IMG/VR virus record: IMGVR_UViG_3300045988_130225
Span: 1-64,000 of that record
Source: a virus
Strand: one strand, 5' to 3'
DNA: 64,000 nucleotides
Shown: piece by piece, positions 61,431 to 64,000 of the stretch
Position numbering within the stretch: the stretch's first letter is position 1
Layout of the letters: each line of letters begins with the position of its first letter
Program-made: the position numbers and the translations under genes
Notes under the pieces: model-generated
Databases searched by the model: none
The model's input: only the letters and a program-made list of their open reading frames with translations
What the model was told of the DNA's origin: nothing

Positions 61431-63044
61431 CTATTGATTTCGTGACCGTTCAGCAGAATCAGAAATGGCTTCTTCACTTTGAGGTCTACCAACTTGTCCA
61501 CTACCCCCACTCATGGTATGAATAGACAAAAGTTGTGATAAATTGTCTAAGAAATCACTATTATGTGCTTCTTCCAACATTCTCTCAAAATCCATAGGTT
61601 TATATCCAAAAGCAGACGCATAAGCACTTGAATTAAGTACCATACCCACATCTGCTAATTTCATAATAGCATCTTGCTTCTTTTTACGCCAAAATGGTTG
61701 TGTACATCCATCAAACGTAAACTTAAACTTAAATTGTTTAGTTTTCTGATTAGCATAGAACTCTAAGAAATTGTTAAATTGAGTATATAATTTAGCCACA
61801 ATCTCATAATCAGCAGTAATAGCCGCTTGAAGTTCTTCGTTTGACATTCTATCCGTAGCGTAAATTAAACGGCTTGCAGAACTACCATATCCCACTGTAT
61901 CTTTAGCGGCAGTAGTAGCCATATCTGTGTTTTTATCCTCAAACTGTTTAAATTCAACTTCTTCAAGAGGTAAAGCAATAGAACGAACAATTTTATCTTG
62001 TGTCATAGAGTTTTTCAATCCACTAGCGACAAGTTTCATTAATCGTCCTAATGTACTTGGTTTGACTGCAAACCTATCAGCAACCTCACCAGATTTTGCA
62101 GAATCTTGCATTTTCATCTCACCGTAAAGTATACCAAAAGCACTGGCAATATCTTTATTTTTTTGTAACTTTGCAATCTCTGTGTTATTGAAAACATTCT
62201 TTAAATACGGAGCCATAAAAGGAACACTTGCAAAATTACTTGTGTCAAACTTGAAAGCCCAGAAACCATCATTAGGACTTGTCTGGTGATAAAGAGTAAA
62301 AGTACCATCACGATTACTTAAGCCGTTTGACGGAATATAATCTTTAAAATCTTTACCGTCCCATACTTCTCTAAGGTATTTTTTAAACACAGGAGCATAG
62401 CAATCTATATCTACACCTTGCATACCAATAAAGTACATCATGTCGAAGTCGAATAATAAGCCACTTTCAAAATAACCAGTTAAGATACATCTATCTTGTG
62501 GCAATGTTTGTAGAGCATATTTAGGATTGTTTCTATCCATGTTTGTTCTAAAACTTGTATAGTGTACTTCATGTCTTAAAAGCTGTTTTACAACTTTTTT
62601 AAATTCACCTTTGTAATCAAAATTATCAAGGAATTTATAAATTCTTGCTTTATCAGCTTTATAATTATCAGACTTATAATCTTCTTTCTTAGCGTTTTTA
62701 CAAGTAATTTGCAAATCAAAAGAAAGGAGATTTGTGTAGTATTCAATAGTTCTGTTATAAATCATATCGAATACTTCCATAAACTCACTATAAGCCTGTA
62801 AGTTTGTAGCACCAGTTTTATACTCGCTTAAAGCCTTTATAATATCGTCATATTTTGGAATCTTAGCATTGTTGTTAAGATTAACCAAATTCTGATTACT
62901 TAACCATGGACTATATACTCCAAAACTATCCAATCCATATAAACTCTGAGCAAAACTTACTACATCATAAACCTGTTGTTCTGATAACATAACAGGTTCT
63001 TCTACTTTAGGAGTTAATCTTTGACTATTTTTCGTAGTTCTCAT
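61431..63044 (-). CDS. Portal protein candidate
   Basis: 537 aa, directly downstream of the terminase-like gene and upstream of the head genes. Confidence 0.6.
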   Translation of the reverse strand: MRTTKNSQRLTPKVEEPVMLSEQQVYDVVSFAQSLYGLDSFGVYSPWLSNQNLVNLNNNAKIPKYDDIIKALSEYKTGATNLQAYSEFMEVFDMIYNRTIEYYTNLLSFDLQITCKNAKKEDYKSDNYKADKARIYKFLDNFDYKGEFKKVVKQLLRHEVHYTSFRTNMDRNNPKYALQTLPQDRCILTGYFESGLLFDFDMMYFIGMQGVDIDCYAPVFKKYLREVWDGKDFKDYIPSNGLSNRDGTFTLYHQTSPNDGFWAFKFDTSNFASVPFMAPYLKNVFNNTEIAKLQKNKDIASAFGILYGEMKMQDSAKSGEVADRFAVKPSTLGRLMKLVASGLKNSMTQDKIVRSIALPLEEVEFKQFEDKNTDMATTAAKDTVGYGSSASRLIYATDRMSNEELQAAITADYEIVAKLYTQFNNFLEFYANQKTKQFKFKFTFDGCTQPFWRKKKQDAIMKLADVGMVLNSSAYASAFGYKPMDFERMLEEAHNSDFLDNLSQLLSIHTMSGGSGQVGRPQSEEAISDSAERSRNQ

Positions 63045-63114
63045 CTCCTTTCTTCAAATATTTTTATTTAAAGGCAGTCAAATCATAGCAGTTGATAAGA
63101 CCGCCTATATACAC

Positions 63115-63999
63115 TTAGAACACAAGTTGGTCTAACTCATCTAAATTGGTATCTCTTTGTTCATCTACAGCATACTTATCACCTATTAAGGTTGCAATAT
63201 GGTTTCCGTAACTCAAAGCTACAATTTTATCCTTTGTCGCACTATTTCTGTTAGGTTCTGATAATTTCAAAATACCGTTATTCCATGTTTGAGTTAAACT
63301 AATAGCTTCTGACATCATTAATGCAGTTTGAACATATGGCAACTTAATATTAACTTTTTCCTCAGAACTCATAGTAAGATAATTTACATCTTCTTCAAGT
63401 TCTGTTTCAATCGTTAATTCATCTACCAAAAATTCAATCATTTCATTATCTAGGGCTTTCTTTAAATCAAGCCACATTAAACTATTTCGTTCACTTGTAC
63501 CAACAATAGGTATGATACATGGTATAGCTTCTGCATCAACCGTTTTGCCTTTAAGTTCTTGAATTTTAGCGTCTGGAACTATCTGTAAAGCAGATTCATA
63601 ACAAACTGTAAATCCATGTGGATTCCAATTACTTCGTGATGGGTGTTCAAAAGGTTTAGATAACTCTGTATAATAAAGAGTACCACCGCTTCTTTCGTCC
63701 ATTACGATATAATCTGCTTGGTAATCCCAAAAGAACTCTCTAATCTTTTGTTGAAATCCCTCACTATCACTAGCAGGGTGCGTTCCAATATATTCTACTT
63801 TTCGTCTTGTCTTACCATCTTTCATAATGACAGACATACAACCAATAACACTATTATCGTTATCGTTTGTATTGCTGTTTACAAAAGCATAATCAATGAA
63901 AAGTAAACGTTTTTCAAATTCACCTTTAGGTCTGTTACCTAAATCAGTTGACATAAATATATCCATAGGCGTAGGTGGTTTATAGGCTTTTTTTATCAC
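63115..63999 (-). CDS. Terminase large subunit, C-terminal (nuclease) part; the 5' end lies outside the window
   Basis: The ORF is open to the window edge. It has acidic motifs FIDYAF and IVMDERSGG. Position is upstream of the portal candidate. Confidence 0.55.
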   Translation of the reverse strand: MIKKAYKPPTPMDIFMSTDLGNRPKGEFEKRLLFIDYAFVNSNTNDNDNSVIGCMSVIMKDGKTRRKVEYIGTHPASDSEGFQQKIREFFWDYQADYIVMDERSGGTLYYTELSKPFEHPSRSNWNPHGFTVCYESALQIVPDAKIQELKGKTVDAEAIPCIIPIVGTSERNSLMWLDLKKALDNEMIEFLVDELTIETELEEDVNYLTMSSEEKVNIKLPYVQTALMMSEAISLTQTWNNGILKLSEPNRNSATKDKIVALSYGNHIATLIGDKYAVDEQRDTNLDELDQLVF

Positions 64000-64000
64000 T

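Noticed and set aside
61166-61525. A 119-aa plus-strand ORF spanning the tnpB 5' end, the IS left end and the portal 3' end.
   Set aside because: It crosses three independently supported features on the opposite strand and has a low-complexity product, so it is spurious.
1-64000. Looked for tRNA genes, CRISPR arrays, an integrase/repressor lysogeny module and introns or inteins in dnaE and nrdD.
   Set aside because: I saw no T-loop/acceptor-stem architecture and no regularly spaced direct repeats. No recombinase-like ORF is present. dnaE and nrdD read through uninterrupted with their motifs in order. The phage lifestyle therefore cannot be called from this window.

Overview
This 64-kb, AT-rich window reads as a contiguous piece of a tailed dsDNA phage genome. 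The host is probably a low-GC anaerobic Firmicute. Supporting signs are an NlpC/P60 lysin with clostridial/streptococcal-type cell-wall-binding repeats, an anaerobic class III RNR, an EndoA-like MazF, and sigma-A-type promoters.

Layout:
- Positions 1-21.9 kb (+ strand) hold the replication and nucleotide-metabolism module: an SSB-like protein, a Sak4-like ATPase, a DnaB-like helicase, primase, a tandem-OB SSB, a RecJ-like DHH protein, a DnaE-type Pol III alpha, a RecD-like helicase, and nrdH-nrdD-nrdG plus an FTR-like gene.
- Positions 22-27.6 kb are a mixed-strand accessory segment with two orphan adenine methyltransferases, a dUTPase and small ORFs.
- Positions 27.6-64 kb (- strand) hold lysis, tail fibres, baseplate, tape measure, tail, head, portal and a partial large terminase.

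Features that the ORF track does not explain:
1. A hairpin-dense non-coding unit of about 380 nt, running from its own promoter to its own terminator, that splits the baseplate operon.
2. A four-gene accessory block inside the tail operon: a Cys-rich protein, a MazF with its own promoter, a coiled-coil membrane protein and an extra holin-like protein.
3. A TnpB-only IS200/IS605-type element inserted right after the portal gene, plus a second diverged omega-RNA-like copy at the window start that shows compensatory hairpin changes.
4. Tandem tail-fibre paralogs, one carrying a markedly GC-rich foreign 3' half, next to a repeat scar.
5. A recurring (T)TAGTAAC / GGTTA / TACAAG motif family sitting at module junctions.

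No tRNA, CRISPR array, integrase or reverse transcriptase was seen. All homology statements come from motif recognition by eye; no database search was run.
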